Made by a program: the position numbers and the translations under genes. A stretch of DNA of 64,000 nt from a virus, in the IMG/VR virus record IMGVR_UViG_3300035698_007208, positions 1-64,000 of that record. One strand, 5' to 3'. Of this stretch, positions 1 through 10,051 are shown piece by piece (position 1 is the stretch's first letter; each line of letters starts with the position of its first letter). Below the pieces are notes generated by a model. It was not told the origin of the DNA. It did not search any database and saw only the letters and a list, made by a program, of their open reading frames with translations.

Positions 1-6
1 AGTCAC

Positions 7-34
7 AAAAAACCCCTAATAAAAGGGGTTTTTT
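7..34 (-). terminator. Rho-independent terminator after the major capsid gene (probably bidirectional)
   Basis: AAAAAACCCCT-aataaa-AGGGGTTTTTT inverted repeat with T-tracts on both strands, 20 nt past the gp23 stop. Confidence 0.85.
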
Positions 35-54
35 ACTGCTTATCTTTTTCTGTT

Positions 55-1194
55 TTACTGGAAAGAGATATTTGTCATGCTAATAGCGTCCAAATAGTCC
101 GCTGCATTACCAAGTGAAGAAGCAGTGTTTGTAAGCTCTTTGTACCCGTATCGAGTCATAAAGCTTACTACTGGTTCAAATGTGCTTGGATCCATTACTG
201 GGCCTGTGCTCATTAGTGGTATATAAGGTGCATAGAACGCCGGAGCGTCAGTTTCGCTTGAACCTTTATAGCCGATTAGTACCGGAGTACCATCTGCTGC
301 ATAGTTATCAACAAATACACGGATTGTACCATTCAAAGTACCAACAAACTTAGTGTTTGTAGGAGCTTCAAAGCTACCTTCAGTTGTACGTGCGAACGTT
401 GAAGTGCTTGCGCTTTGCAATATAGTCAAAGTCTCTGGAGAAACTACAATGTAGTTACCAGCACCGCGACGTGTGCGTGCAGCAATTCTGTTACAAGCTC
501 GGTTGATCTCGATAGCAAGAACCGCGTGACGGTCACCAATGTAAGTTTGTACACCAGTTACTGCTGCAAAATCAAGTGCTGTACCAGCGCCAGCAAGGTT
601 GCGAAGTGAACCAATGATTTCTTGGTCAATTTCAACAACAATTTCTTGTGCTAGTGCTTGCATAATTTCAGCTTCAACATCAACGCCATGCATTGATTGT
701 GCGTCTTGTGCTGCCTCAAAAGTCCAGCGAGCGCTTAGACGTCTGGTCTTAGCTTCAACAGTTTCTTTCAAGATTTGAATGCTCATTTTACGACCAGGCG
801 TTCCTTCAGATGCGGCTGTAGCGTCTGGAGATCCGGCGTAAGAGTTAGCTAGGTTAAAAGGACTTAATGCCTCTGATCCAGCTGTAACACCACCAAATGT
901 TTCGCTGTAGCGAACACGTAGTGTATGGATTTGGCCAACTGGGCCAGTCATTGGCTGTACACCAACTAATTCGTTTGCAATTACCGATGGCATTACACGT
1001 CGAATTAGAGGTAACATTACCTTGTTAAGTGTTGCTACTGAGCCTGCACCTGTTCCACCTGCTGTTGCAGATTCTGCTAGGTACCGCTTAGTGTTTTCAA
1101 GAACCACGTCTAATGAAGATTTTCTGTTGCCAGTTACGCCTTCAAGCAGTGCTTCCTTGGTCGCTGACCAATTGCTTTCAAATAAATTTGCCAT
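55..1194 (-). CDS. gp23: Major capsid protein, T4 gp23-like
   Basis: Motifs LIRRVMPSVIANELVGVQPMTGPVGQIHTLR, VEAKTRRLSARWTFEAAQD, EIDQEII, FYAPYIPL, MTRYG; GGAG SD. Confidence 0.97.
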   Translation of the reverse strand: MANLFESNWSATKEALLEGVTGNRKSSLDVVLENTKRYLAESATAGGTGAGSVATLNKVMLPLIRRVMPSVIANELVGVQPMTGPVGQIHTLRVRYSETFGGVTAGSEALSPFNLANSYAGSPDATAASEGTPGRKMSIQILKETVEAKTRRLSARWTFEAAQDAQSMHGVDVEAEIMQALAQEIVVEIDQEIIGSLRNLAGAGTALDFAAVTGVQTYIGDRHAVLAIEINRACNRIAARTRRGAGNYIVVSPETLTILQSASTSTFARTTEGSFEAPTNTKFVGTLNGTIRVFVDNYAADGTPVLIGYKGSSETDAPAFYAPYIPLMSTGPVMDPSTFEPVVSFMTRYGYKELTNTASSLGNAADYLDAISMTNISFQ

Positions 1195-1210
1195 TTTTGA
1201 TTAACTCCTG

Positions 1211-2314
1211 TTAAATTCCGGCTAGTTTTTTCATGTAATCGAGGTCGATTACATTATTGGTTTCGTCGCTGGCTTCTGCTTGCACAGTGGCCTTATTACC
1301 AGTGTAATCTTTCTTCACTGATTCAGACAATGTTTTCTTTACACGATTCACTTCGCCATCTAACACGTTTGGTAAGTACTTGTTAAAAGCAGCTTCCAAA
1401 TTAGAGGTTTTATGAGATTCAAGTAAATCCAACATGATTTCTTTCTTTTCTCTGCCTAACGGGCCTAAAAGGCTGTTAAGTTTTTCTTTACGTGCATAAC
1501 GATCTTCTGCTATACGTAGCTTGCTTTCTGTGATTACTGCTGCTGCATCTTTGTTTAATGCTACAGTAATAGATTCTGCAAGTTTCTTTTCTGTATTGGA
1601 TAGTGTTTTCTGTAGTGTCCTAAGGTCCTTACTTTCGTTTAGGTAACTAGTACCATATTCGCTAGCATAAGCCTCAAATATTCTACGACCGAAGTCATTT
1701 TCTCTTGCTTTAGTGATGTCGCCACGTAGTTGTCTAACTTCTTCAGTAATAACCTTGGAAACAACCTTTTGGATGTTACCAGATGCTTTCTTAATAAAAT
1801 TGCGTTTAGACTCAACAAGCTGACGCTTGCCTTCACGTACCATTTTAACTTTTTGCTCAACTAGTGCTTTCTTATCTTCGTGGAATTCAGCAATTTCACA
1901 TGCTAACTGTTCAGTAACAAACTCATCGAGTTTAGCTACGTGTTCAGCAACACGAGATTTGTCTGCACGAAGTTCCTTAACTTCATTTGCAACAATTTTT
2001 GTTACAAATGTGTCAAGTAGCTTTGCATGTTCACTAATGGCTTTTCGATATTTTACACGATCCTGCACGAGTTGCTCACGCTCTTCGGCTAATTCTGATA
2101 TTTCTGCTGATACTTTTTCAGAGATGAAGCTGTCAACAGCTCCAACAATTTTGCTCTTGTCTTGTTCATAACGTTGAGCAAACTCTTCACGTAATTCAGC
2201 AGTAAGATCGTCTCTAGCTTCGGATAGTTTTGCTTCCCAAGCTTCTTGTAGTGCTGTTTTAACATCTTCTGTTAATTCTGCATTTTCAAGTAGGTCTTTA
2301 AATGTAACTGCCAT
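1211..2314 (-). CDS. gp22: Prohead core scaffolding protein, gp22-like
   Basis: Glu/Lys-rich coiled-coil protein between the protease and capsid genes; many L/I-x-E sites. Confidence 0.85.
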   Translation of the reverse strand: MAVTFKDLLENAELTEDVKTALQEAWEAKLSEARDDLTAELREEFAQRYEQDKSKIVGAVDSFISEKVSAEISELAEEREQLVQDRVKYRKAISEHAKLLDTFVTKIVANEVKELRADKSRVAEHVAKLDEFVTEQLACEIAEFHEDKKALVEQKVKMVREGKRQLVESKRNFIKKASGNIQKVVSKVITEEVRQLRGDITKARENDFGRRIFEAYASEYGTSYLNESKDLRTLQKTLSNTEKKLAESITVALNKDAAAVITESKLRIAEDRYARKEKLNSLLGPLGREKKEIMLDLLESHKTSNLEAAFNKYLPNVLDGEVNRVKKTLSESVKKDYTGNKATVQAEASDETNNVIDLDYMKKLAGI

Positions 2315-2329
2315 AGTAGTCTCCTACCT

Positions 2330-2953
2330 CTATAGTTTAAGTTCATTAATTAAAGCTTTAACGGCTTCAATTAAGTGCTTTTCTGCTTTTTTGTCATATA
2401 CTACATCTTTAGCAAGGCCATGTATAACTGCTCCACCTTTCATGTTGTATAAACTTTCGTAAATTGTCTTGGGATAAGCATCTGGTGCGCTTGGTTGTGC
2501 AACAATGTCAACTGTAATAATATCAAATTCTGAAACGTGTCCAGATTCATTAACATTACCGCTACCTCTGCTACTTACGCCAAGTTTAGCTCCTGCTTTT
2601 AATAGTGCTCTTGCAATATTACCCATCGGTGTGTCTATGATCTTTAGCTTTCCTAAACCATCAGCACCATCAACTCGCATTTCAGTAATAATATGACTTA
2701 CTCTATCCAAGTTAATTTGCAACTCTTCTGGGTGATCTAACTCACCCATTACAGTTTCACCAGTGCTTAATCGCTCAGTAACGCTTTGGACGGCCTTCAT
2801 GATTTCGTTTCTAGGATAAACTCGTCCATTTTGATTTTTTACATCACCTTGAATAAATAATCCCTGCATAAACAATTCCTTTCCATCGTCAGATTCCACT
2901 AAGTGGACTTTAGATGCTTCTGGACTCATGTATTCGAATAACTGTCTGGCCAT
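2330..2953 (-). CDS. gp21: Prohead maturation protease, gp21-like
   Basis: NQNGRVYP, GELDHP, VSH, GVSSRGSG, DIVAQPSAPDA motifs. Confidence 0.95.
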   Translation of the reverse strand: MARQLFEYMSPEASKVHLVESDDGKELFMQGLFIQGDVKNQNGRVYPRNEIMKAVQSVTERLSTGETVMGELDHPEELQINLDRVSHIITEMRVDGADGLGKLKIIDTPMGNIARALLKAGAKLGVSSRGSGNVNESGHVSEFDIITVDIVAQPSAPDAYPKTIYESLYNMKGGAVIHGLAKDVVYDKKAEKHLIEAVKALINELKL

Positions 2954-2971
2954 TTTATTTCCTTTTAAGAA

Positions 2972-3922
2972 TTACTTTTTTGGTATTGCACTTTTTGCAT
3001 TACTGCGATCGTCACCGGAATTAGGCATTTTGCTGCTTTTTCCGTGGTCAATCATACCAGCTTTATGGTTTACGTTAATGTTAGAAGTTGTTGGATTCTT
3101 TTTATCTGAATCGTTACCAGTCCATGCCATTTTGCCTTCGCTGCCGTTGTTTGCACGAACTGGCTTAGCGTTATTTTTACCAATTGTTGTTGGCTTAGGT
3201 GCATCAGTGTACGGTGACTTTGCGTTTGCACTGTCATGTTCTGATCCGTTAAGACCGCCGCCCATCATTGCTTGCTGTGCTGTCTTTTTAGAAAGCACAG
3301 TAGCTTCCTCAACAACATCACCATCTAAGTCATAATCAAAGCTTTCAAAGTTATTTTCATCGTCCATGTCATCGTCCATGTCATCGTCCATGTCATCCAT
3401 GTCGTCTTCCATGCCGTCGTCCATACCATCGTCCATTTCGCCGTTTTCATCTTCAAGATCATTGCCCATAATGTCGTTCATTAATGAGTCAAAATGTGCT
3501 GAAAGATCAGCAAAATCATCTGAAACTGCTTGAGCCTTGTCGCTTAAATCTGCATCCATGCCGTCGTCTTCGCTTCCGTAGTCGTCGTAGCTGTCGCCTG
3601 CGTCATCGTCGTCATATTCGTCTGAACTAATTTCATCTTCGTCACCACTAAGATCGTCAGTTACGTCATCTTCAAAATCATTATCACGATGAATATCTTC
3701 ATCAACACCAGTTTCGTCCACATGTACATGGATATCTTCATCAATTGAATCGTCATCAGTGTCTTCGTTTTCGTCTACTTCTTCATCATCTGACTCATCT
3801 AAAATACTTTCGTATTCTGCCCGTGCCTTGTTAACTACATATTCGTGTAGTAATTCTTCAGCCTGGTTATTGTCTTCAGAAAGGAGTAGTTCTAAAATTT
3901 GTTCTAATTTTTGCGACATCAT
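2972..3922 (-). CDS. Extremely acidic prohead core/internal head protein
   Basis: D/E-rich with MDDD repeats; lies between portal and protease (T4 gp67/gp68 position); GGAG SD and upstream late promoter. Confidence 0.6.
   Translation of the reverse strand: MMSQKLEQILELLLSEDNNQAEELLHEYVVNKARAEYESILDESDDEEVDENEDTDDDSIDEDIHVHVDETGVDEDIHRDNDFEDDVTDDLSGDEDEISSDEYDDDDAGDSYDDYGSEDDGMDADLSDKAQAVSDDFADLSAHFDSLMNDIMGNDLEDENGEMDDGMDDGMEDDMDDMDDDMDDDMDDENNFESFDYDLDGDVVEEATVLSKKTAQQAMMGGGLNGSEHDSANAKSPYTDAPKPTTIGKNNAKPVRANNGSEGKMAWTGNDSDKKNPTTSNINVNHKAGMIDHGKSSKMPNSGDDRSNAKSAIPKK
3357..3437. repeat. Tandem ~12-nt repeats (TCATCGTCCATG and variants) encoding MDDD/MDDG
   Basis: Seen directly in the sequence. 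Confidence 0.85.
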
Positions 3923-3982
3923 TGTCTCCTTAAATTATTCATGTCTGTAGAAAGAATTATTCTTATTTTACAGATATACCTG

Positions 3983-3990
3983 TACTTATA
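3983..3990 (-). promoter_or_regulatory. Late promoter variant TATAAGTA
   Basis: One mismatch to T4 late consensus TATAAATA; intergenic, upstream of the core-protease-scaffold-capsid genes. Confidence 0.6.
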
Positions 3991-4077
3991 TGTATTATTG
4001 TTTTAAGGGTAGAAACGGTGTTTTTTTGACGTGAAATGCACCAAAAGAAAATTTGGTACATTTTGGTGCGGATTAGG

Positions 4078-4281
4078 TTAGAGGCCTGTGTCGGCTTCTG
4101 ATGGTGCTGCGTACATTACCTTTACAAACTTATCATGCTCAATTGCTTCTGCTCTTGCTATTTCTCTAACTTTTCGCAACTTGTTTAATTGCTTTAATGT
4201 CATCCTAGCTTTTCTATTATCGTTTGTTTTTATTTGCGCGGCTCGATCATTTTCTGGTTCATAAAATTCGTCTAGTCTCAT
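4078..4281 (-). CDS. Small head-module protein
   Basis: 67 aa; start overlaps the portal stop codon (TAATG). Confidence 0.7.
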   Translation of the reverse strand: MRLDEFYEPENDRAAQIKTNDNRKARMTLKQLNKLRKVREIARAEAIEHDKFVKVMYAAPSEADTGL

Positions 4282-5987
4282 TATACTTCTCCACCGCCAG
4301 GAGGTACTGTTGCTGACGCTACACCTGTATTTATGCCTTCCTCACCTTCTATTGGCATTTCAATATCTGAAAGATCAGCGTCTGCTTCTGGGTCTAATGT
4401 ATCACTTGGAACGGGACGAATACCAATATTTTTTAGATCCAAACTTTCCTGTGAATCTTTATATTTTTCATAATCATTTTCCTGCCTCCAAAGTTCCTCA
4501 TTTTGCTTCATTTCAGTTTCAGTAAAGCCCATATATTTCTTTAATGCAAATTGTTTACTTATGTATGGTAAGTCTGCAACTTGGCTATACATGCTTGCTC
4601 GTTCAGAATCTAGTTGTAATTCTCGGTAACTACTAAAATTCATTGGCTTATTAAATTGTACTTTAAAGTTACTACTATCAATCGTAATACCTTTATACTT
4701 AAGGTACATTTTGAATTCATGATCCATGTCTTCTTGTATTTGTTTTTGAAGTCGCTCTACGTAATTTGCAAATCGATATTCTTGTATATAAGCTATACCA
4801 ACCTTACCGTCATTAGTAGTTTGTGTGCCATCTTCAGGACCTGAAGGCAAATAACTACTTGGAATACGCAAGCCCCGCAATAATTTGTTATTAAAGTAAC
4901 GTAAATCATCTATTTGTCCTAAATTTTCACCACCAGGTAATGTGTCGACTTTCGACCCTCTTCCATCTGCTGTTTGTGCAAAATAATAGTCTTCAAGCAT
5001 TGACATTGGGTTATATGCTGAATCAGCTACACTCGCACCACTGCCATTTTTATTTGGAATACGCTTCTGTGTTACTTCATACTTTACTTGTTCTAAGTAT
5101 TGCTTTGCTTTATGTGGGGGCATGTTACCAACATCAATCATGAAAACTCGGCGTTCAGGTGCCCTATGCACTCGATAAATTATGATTGAATCTTCTAGTA
5201 ATTCTTTTTGCTTATATATTTTAAAAATTGGTTCTAATATACTAACACCAAACGGCCAAGCTGCATCCATACCATCTGTTAAACTAATATGCACTACGTG
5301 CTTTGCGTCAACAGGAATACCTTGGTCGGCACCTTGTGTTGATGACGTAGAGTAATTACCTGTGGTTGAATTAACTGGACTCATTATGCCTGCTAAACCT
5401 TGACCACTGCCATATGGGCGTGCATGTAACGCTGATACGTTTGTTGCTAATTGTTCTTGGAAATTAGGCTGCAAGTTTTTAATAAAATAAGTTTCAATTT
5501 TTTTACCTTCACTTTCGTTGACTATAACTTTTTCAACATTAGCAGGATCAATCCAAAATAATTCATAAGTTTCAGGGTCTCGTATAAAAAACTGATCGCC
5601 ATACTTACATACATTTCTAAAAGTCCTAAACGCCCGCTTATGCATTTTATTTAAGTTACACCAGCTTATTAATGTTTTATCAATAATTTTGCTTTCTGAG
5701 TCGCTTGGAGGCGAATCATAATGTATATTAAAAGGAGAATTTGTTTCTGATTCTTGAGTGCCAAACTCAGCAATTGTGTCAAGGGCTGCATTTACTTCCA
5801 AATCACCATCCATTTGGTCCATTTGCTGATACCTAACTAGCCGGTTTGGTGAGCCTGCATATATTTCCGGCAACCAACTACTAAAGTTGCTCGATGTACT
5901 TGCACCGCCGTTACCGCCATCTGTTGGCTGTAGGTTTAATGGTAAACCTGAATTATTGTACGGGGTAAAGTGTTTTTTCCATGACAT
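4281..5987 (-). CDS. gp20: Portal vertex protein, gp20-like
   Basis: LEDSIIIYRVHRAPERRVFMIDVGNMP, MLEDYYF, TLPGGENLGQIDDLRYF motifs. Confidence 0.97.
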   Translation of the reverse strand: MSWKKHFTPYNNSGLPLNLQPTDGGNGGASTSSNFSSWLPEIYAGSPNRLVRYQQMDQMDGDLEVNAALDTIAEFGTQESETNSPFNIHYDSPPSDSESKIIDKTLISWCNLNKMHKRAFRTFRNVCKYGDQFFIRDPETYELFWIDPANVEKVIVNESEGKKIETYFIKNLQPNFQEQLATNVSALHARPYGSGQGLAGIMSPVNSTTGNYSTSSTQGADQGIPVDAKHVVHISLTDGMDAAWPFGVSILEPIFKIYKQKELLEDSIIIYRVHRAPERRVFMIDVGNMPPHKAKQYLEQVKYEVTQKRIPNKNGSGASVADSAYNPMSMLEDYYFAQTADGRGSKVDTLPGGENLGQIDDLRYFNNKLLRGLRIPSSYLPSGPEDGTQTTNDGKVGIAYIQEYRFANYVERLQKQIQEDMDHEFKMYLKYKGITIDSSNFKVQFNKPMNFSSYRELQLDSERASMYSQVADLPYISKQFALKKYMGFTETEMKQNEELWRQENDYEKYKDSQESLDLKNIGIRPVPSDTLDPEADADLSDIEMPIEGEEGINTGVASATVPPGGGEV

Positions 5988-6023
5988 GTTTTGTTTTTTT
6001 CCTTTATTTTGACGTTATATGGG

Positions 6024-6031
6024 TATTTATA
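6024..6031 (-). promoter_or_regulatory. T4-type late promoter TATAAATA
   Basis: Exact consensus upstream of the portal gene. Confidence 0.75.
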
Positions 6032-6062
6032 CTATACATACACGTTTAAATAGTTTAAATGG

Positions 6063-9044
6063 TTATAATGCGTTAGTTAAATCAGTCATGCCTTTATTTC
6101 CAGACCTTAAAAGTCGATTAGTTGTTTTAGCTTGGTCCAACAATGCCATTAATAATTCTTTTTCTGCAGAATCAACTAGTGATGCTGAGTCTATTGCGTT
6201 ACGTTCACCTACTTTTTGTTGTGATTGACTCACCATTGCAGGTGATAATTTGTTATTAAGCTCTTCTTTGCGTTGTTCTGTCCTGGTAGTTACTTCCATT
6301 GGTCTTTCAATTTGCTGCGGCAGTGGTCTTGCTGGAACAACTGGTATTGGCTTAACAATTGGGTCCTTAAGTTCAATTTTAACTGGTGCGGGTTCTGGTT
6401 TTTTAGGTTCAGCCTTGACCGGTTCTGGTTCTTTAGGTTCAATTTTAACCGGTGCAATTTTAACTGGTTCTGGTTCTGATTCTTTAGGTTCAGACTTGAC
6501 CGGTTCTGGTTTAACTGGTTCTGGTTTTTTAGGTTCAATTTTAACCGGTTCAGGCTTAACTGGTTCTGGTTTTTTAGGTTCAGGCTTAACTGGTTCTGGT
6601 TCTGGTTCTTTAGGTTCTGGTGGGACAATAACTGCTGTTTGCTTTCTCAATGCATCAACCATTCCTGCTTGGGCACGGTTTGCATTAATAATTGCCTCTG
6701 CATTAAATGCGATTTGCTTCCCATCTAAGCCTGCAAATGCATTCATTGAATCTATAAACTTGGTCGTGCCATCAATACTTTCTCCGCTAAAAAAGTCCAT
6801 AAATCCTGAACCAAATCCACCTTCCTTACTTATTACAGTGTCAGCAAACGATTTCATAGCAAGAGCAATAGCGTTTATGCCATTTGCTGTATTAAATAAA
6901 TTATCACTTGGTATACTTGCTAATCCAAGTATGCCTTTATTAACTGCGACTATTTGTTCTGTTTGCAATGCCATCATTGCTTCTTGGTCGCCTTTGACTG
7001 CGTTAATTACGTTAGCTATTCCTTCTGATATCGCAGTAATACCGCCAACAACTGCGTTGCTGATTGCAGTAATAACAGTAGCCATTCCTTCAAACACAGA
7101 TTTAACCATATTCCCGAACGGTTCAAGAGCATCTTTTGCTAGCCATAAAGCTGCACCCACTGCAAGAGTTGCTACTGAAAATGCTAACATACCAGGAACT
7201 GCTGCTGATAGTCCTTTTAGTCCGCCACCAGCAAGACCGCCAAGTTTGCCAACCTTACCAGTTGCGCCAGCTGTGGCACCTCCAGCTTTTGCGGCGCCAA
7301 ATAAGCTTCCAAGTTTTCCAAAAGATTTAAGTGTAAGCGAGGCCACCGTGACTCCGGCAATCAATGCACCAATAGCAGCACCAAATAATCCTATTTTTCC
7401 AATAACCTTAGCAGTAGTAAGTATAGCACTGCCTATTACCTTAACAGCATTAATTATGTCTGGAATTACTTCAATAAAAGAACCAACAGTTTCTGCAATT
7501 TTAACTATTATTTCAGGCAAATGTTTTGCAAATTGCTTACCCATGTCTTTTGCAGAGCCGTTAATGTCCTTAAATATATCACCAGTACCGCCAAATGATT
7601 GCATTGCAGTACTAATAGCTGACAAAATTATTTTTTTGGACTGTTCCATCGCACCCGATAACTCAGATGCGCTATCGCCTAGTCCAGCAAAAAATGAATA
7701 CTTAAATGATTCAAACATTCCAGTAATTTCTTCATAGGAAGACATAAGTATGTTTGTTCCTTTTTGCACATCACTCATTTCGAAGCTTGCATTCATTTTT
7801 TTAAGCTTTTCTGCACCTTGTTCAAATTGTAAAATAGCTTTAGCTATTGAGGCAGCTTGTTGGTTACCTTGTCTTTCTAGTAAGAATATGCGCTCTTTCT
7901 CAGCATTTGATAACTTTCCCAGTTTGTTAGTAATAAGATCAACTGCCATTTGGTTACCTTGGGCCTGTGATAACGCGCCTGAATCTATTGCTGCAATATA
8001 ATCATTCATTGGTTCGGCTAAACTAGGAAGTGCAGTAATATAACCAACCATTGTGTCACTAAATCCAAGAGCACCACCTGCTGCGGCTTCTGTCATTGCC
8101 ATTGCAATTTTTCCGCCTTCTTCGCCGCCTAGTGATCGCATTACTGTACCAAAGTCAGTAATTCCCGCTATTACTGTACTTCTCAACTCTGGTCCCATTT
8201 TTAGTAGTGCTGAAGTTAATATTGGTGTCTGTGTAATTATAGAATTTGCAAATTCTACTAATTTATCTGTGCTTACGCCTAATACAGACGAGTATTTTTG
8301 CTGTTGTTTGATGCTAGTTTCAATTTGTTGAGTTACTTTCGCTTGACTTATACCGTCAAGCGCACCCATTAACTGTCTCTTGTTAAGTTCTTCGCCCATC
8401 CTCTCAACACTGTCATTTAATGTCATGCCTAACTGTACACCACTATCAGTTGCATCAAGGAATGCGCGTGTCAGCCCTGTGAATTCATTCTTACCTATGG
8501 CCTGTACTACGTTACTAAATTGTGCTAAAGTTTTAGCAGCATTTACACCCATAGCACTTAAATTAGCTAATGAATCAGTTGAACTCATTCCGCCTTCGAG
8601 TAAACTATCAGTAAATCCTACTCCAGCCTTTGTTAATTCATTCAACTCGCCACCGACATTAAAAAATGCCATACCTAATGAAGTAACTGTAGTATTTAAT
8701 GCTGCTAAAACACCAACCGTAACTGCACCAATTGCACCAAAAATACCACTGCCCAGTCTTTCACCTAATGACGCAGATTTATCCTCATTAGATAATTCAC
8801 CAAGTCCATCTTTAAGACTATTTGAAGCTTCTATGCTTTTATCGTGCTGTTCTTTTGATTGTTTTTGGCCTCGGCTTTCCCTTTTTGCATTTTCAAGCAA
8901 TACGTTAGCAACATCGCTTAATTTTGAATTCATTTCCACCAATTGCGCTTTTATTAGCAGTGAAGTGACTTCCAAAGCTGCATCCGTAATTTCACCTTCA
9001 ACAGTTTCTTCAGTCTGTAAATTTGTCCATGTAATTTTAGCCAT
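6063..9044 (-). CDS. Tape-measure / baseplate hub protein (gp29-like) with Pro-Glu-Lys repeat tail
   Basis: Long Ala/Gly-rich helical protein with a hydrophobic middle, adjacent to the gp26-like gene; start moved to ATG 9044 (AAAGGA SD) from 9098. Confidence 0.75.
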   Translation of the reverse strand: MAKITWTNLQTEETVEGEITDAALEVTSLLIKAQLVEMNSKLSDVANVLLENAKRESRGQKQSKEQHDKSIEASNSLKDGLGELSNEDKSASLGERLGSGIFGAIGAVTVGVLAALNTTVTSLGMAFFNVGGELNELTKAGVGFTDSLLEGGMSSTDSLANLSAMGVNAAKTLAQFSNVVQAIGKNEFTGLTRAFLDATDSGVQLGMTLNDSVERMGEELNKRQLMGALDGISQAKVTQQIETSIKQQQKYSSVLGVSTDKLVEFANSIITQTPILTSALLKMGPELRSTVIAGITDFGTVMRSLGGEEGGKIAMAMTEAAAGGALGFSDTMVGYITALPSLAEPMNDYIAAIDSGALSQAQGNQMAVDLITNKLGKLSNAEKERIFLLERQGNQQAASIAKAILQFEQGAEKLKKMNASFEMSDVQKGTNILMSSYEEITGMFESFKYSFFAGLGDSASELSGAMEQSKKIILSAISTAMQSFGGTGDIFKDINGSAKDMGKQFAKHLPEIIVKIAETVGSFIEVIPDIINAVKVIGSAILTTAKVIGKIGLFGAAIGALIAGVTVASLTLKSFGKLGSLFGAAKAGGATAGATGKVGKLGGLAGGGLKGLSAAVPGMLAFSVATLAVGAALWLAKDALEPFGNMVKSVFEGMATVITAISNAVVGGITAISEGIANVINAVKGDQEAMMALQTEQIVAVNKGILGLASIPSDNLFNTANGINAIALAMKSFADTVISKEGGFGSGFMDFFSGESIDGTTKFIDSMNAFAGLDGKQIAFNAEAIINANRAQAGMVDALRKQTAVIVPPEPKEPEPEPVKPEPKKPEPVKPEPVKIEPKKPEPVKPEPVKSEPKESEPEPVKIAPVKIEPKEPEPVKAEPKKPEPAPVKIELKDPIVKPIPVVPARPLPQQIERPMEVTTRTEQRKEELNNKLSPAMVSQSQQKVGERNAIDSASLVDSAEKELLMALLDQAKTTNRLLRSGNKGMTDLTNAL
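6335..6622 (-). repeat. PEPVK/IEPKK/PEPKE coding repeats (15-nt units)
   Basis: Repeated TTAACTGGTTCTGGT / TTTAGGTTCA units. Confidence 0.9.
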
Positions 9045-9072
9045 CTTTTCCTTTAAAACGCACTTTATCAAT

Positions 9073-9080
9073 GATAAATA
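9073..9080 (+). promoter_or_regulatory. Late promoter GATAAATA (gp26-like gene)
   Basis: Motif recurs upstream of several structural genes. Confidence 0.65.
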
Positions 9081-9113
9081 GTCTTTAGTGTATACCAAAA
9101 GCCGTCTAACAAC

Positions 9114-9121
9114 TATTTATC
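9114..9121 (-). promoter_or_regulatory. Late promoter GATAAATA (tape-measure gene)
   Basis: TATTTATC on the + strand, 70 nt upstream of ATG 9044. Confidence 0.65.
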
Positions 9122-9146
9122 GGTTTTGTTTAACAGGAGTTATAAC

Positions 9147-10028
9147 ATGAGCAACAAGTCCAACCCACTAAGCGGTTATTTTAGAGCGCCAAAAATGTAT
9201 GTACCAATCCCAAGTGGCGGTAAATTTTATACTGATGCTGTAGTTGAAATGACAGAATCTAAAGAATTGCCAATTTTTGCAATGACAGGAAGGGACGAAA
9301 TGATAATGAAAAATCCTGATGCATTACTTAATGGTGAAGCAGTTGCAGAAGTTATCAAAAGCTGTTGTCCTAATGTTAAAGCTCCTAGGCAAATGCTTAG
9401 TAGCGACATAGACGTGCTACTAGTTGCAATACAAGGTGCAACTATTGGAGATGTAGTTGAAGTTTCAGCAAAATGCCCTAAATGCAATGAGGAACAGAAA
9501 GGTGATGCAAGTATCGATCAAGCTATTGAAACAATGGCAATATTAAATGATATTTATGAAGTATCACATGAATCACCTGGACTGCCTACTTTAAAAATAG
9601 AAATTCGTCCGTTTACTTATGAAAGCAGTATACAAGCAGGACTTGTTAATTTCCAAAGTCAAAGAAGTTTACAATCATTAGTTGATATTAAAGACGAACT
9701 AGAAAGGTTATCTGCTTTTAATGCAAACTTTATGAAAGTAGCCTCATTGAACTTTTCATTAATTGCAGACAGTATTGCTAGCATTAGTTATAATATTAAT
9801 GATGAAGGCCACTCAGTTATTGACCGTGAGAACATTATTGAATTTTTAGATAATTCAGATAGCAGTGTACTAAAAGCAATTGAGGCTAAAATTAAAGAAA
9901 TTAATAAAATTGGAATCAATCATGAAATGCAAATGCAATGTGAGAATTGTTTAGATGATAATGATGATCCATTTGTATTTACTGGGCAGGTAAATTTTGA
10001 TCCGGTAAATTTTTTCACAGCTTCCTAG
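9147..10028 (+). CDS. gp26: Baseplate hub assembly protein, gp26-like
   Basis: NPLSGYFRAPKMY, PSGG, MTGRDE, DIDVLLVAI, CPKC and CENC zinc pairs, C-terminal NFF; AGGAG SD before ATG 9147. Confidence 0.8.
   Translation: MSNKSNPLSGYFRAPKMYVPIPSGGKFYTDAVVEMTESKELPIFAMTGRDEMIMKNPDALLNGEAVAEVIKSCCPNVKAPRQMLSSDIDVLLVAIQGATIGDVVEVSAKCPKCNEEQKGDASIDQAIETMAILNDIYEVSHESPGLPTLKIEIRPFTYESSIQAGLVNFQSQRSLQSLVDIKDELERLSAFNANFMKVASLNFSLIADSIASISYNINDEGHSVIDRENIIEFLDNSDSSVLKAIEAKIKEINKIGINHEMQMQCENCLDDNDDPFVFTGQVNFDPVNFFTAS
10010..10016 (+). promoter_or_regulatory. -1 ribosomal slippery heptamer T TTT TTC
   Basis: X_XXY_YYZ phase correct in the gp26 frame; the -1 frame is open into the next ORF. Confidence 0.7.
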
Positions 10029-10051
10029 CTTACGCTGAGCCTGAAGAGATA

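Noticed and set aside
6250-9081. Long + strand ORFs (495 aa, 233 aa and others), including GSGLTGSG repeats
   Set aside because: Antisense shadows of the tape-measure gene; the repeats mirror the PEPK codons
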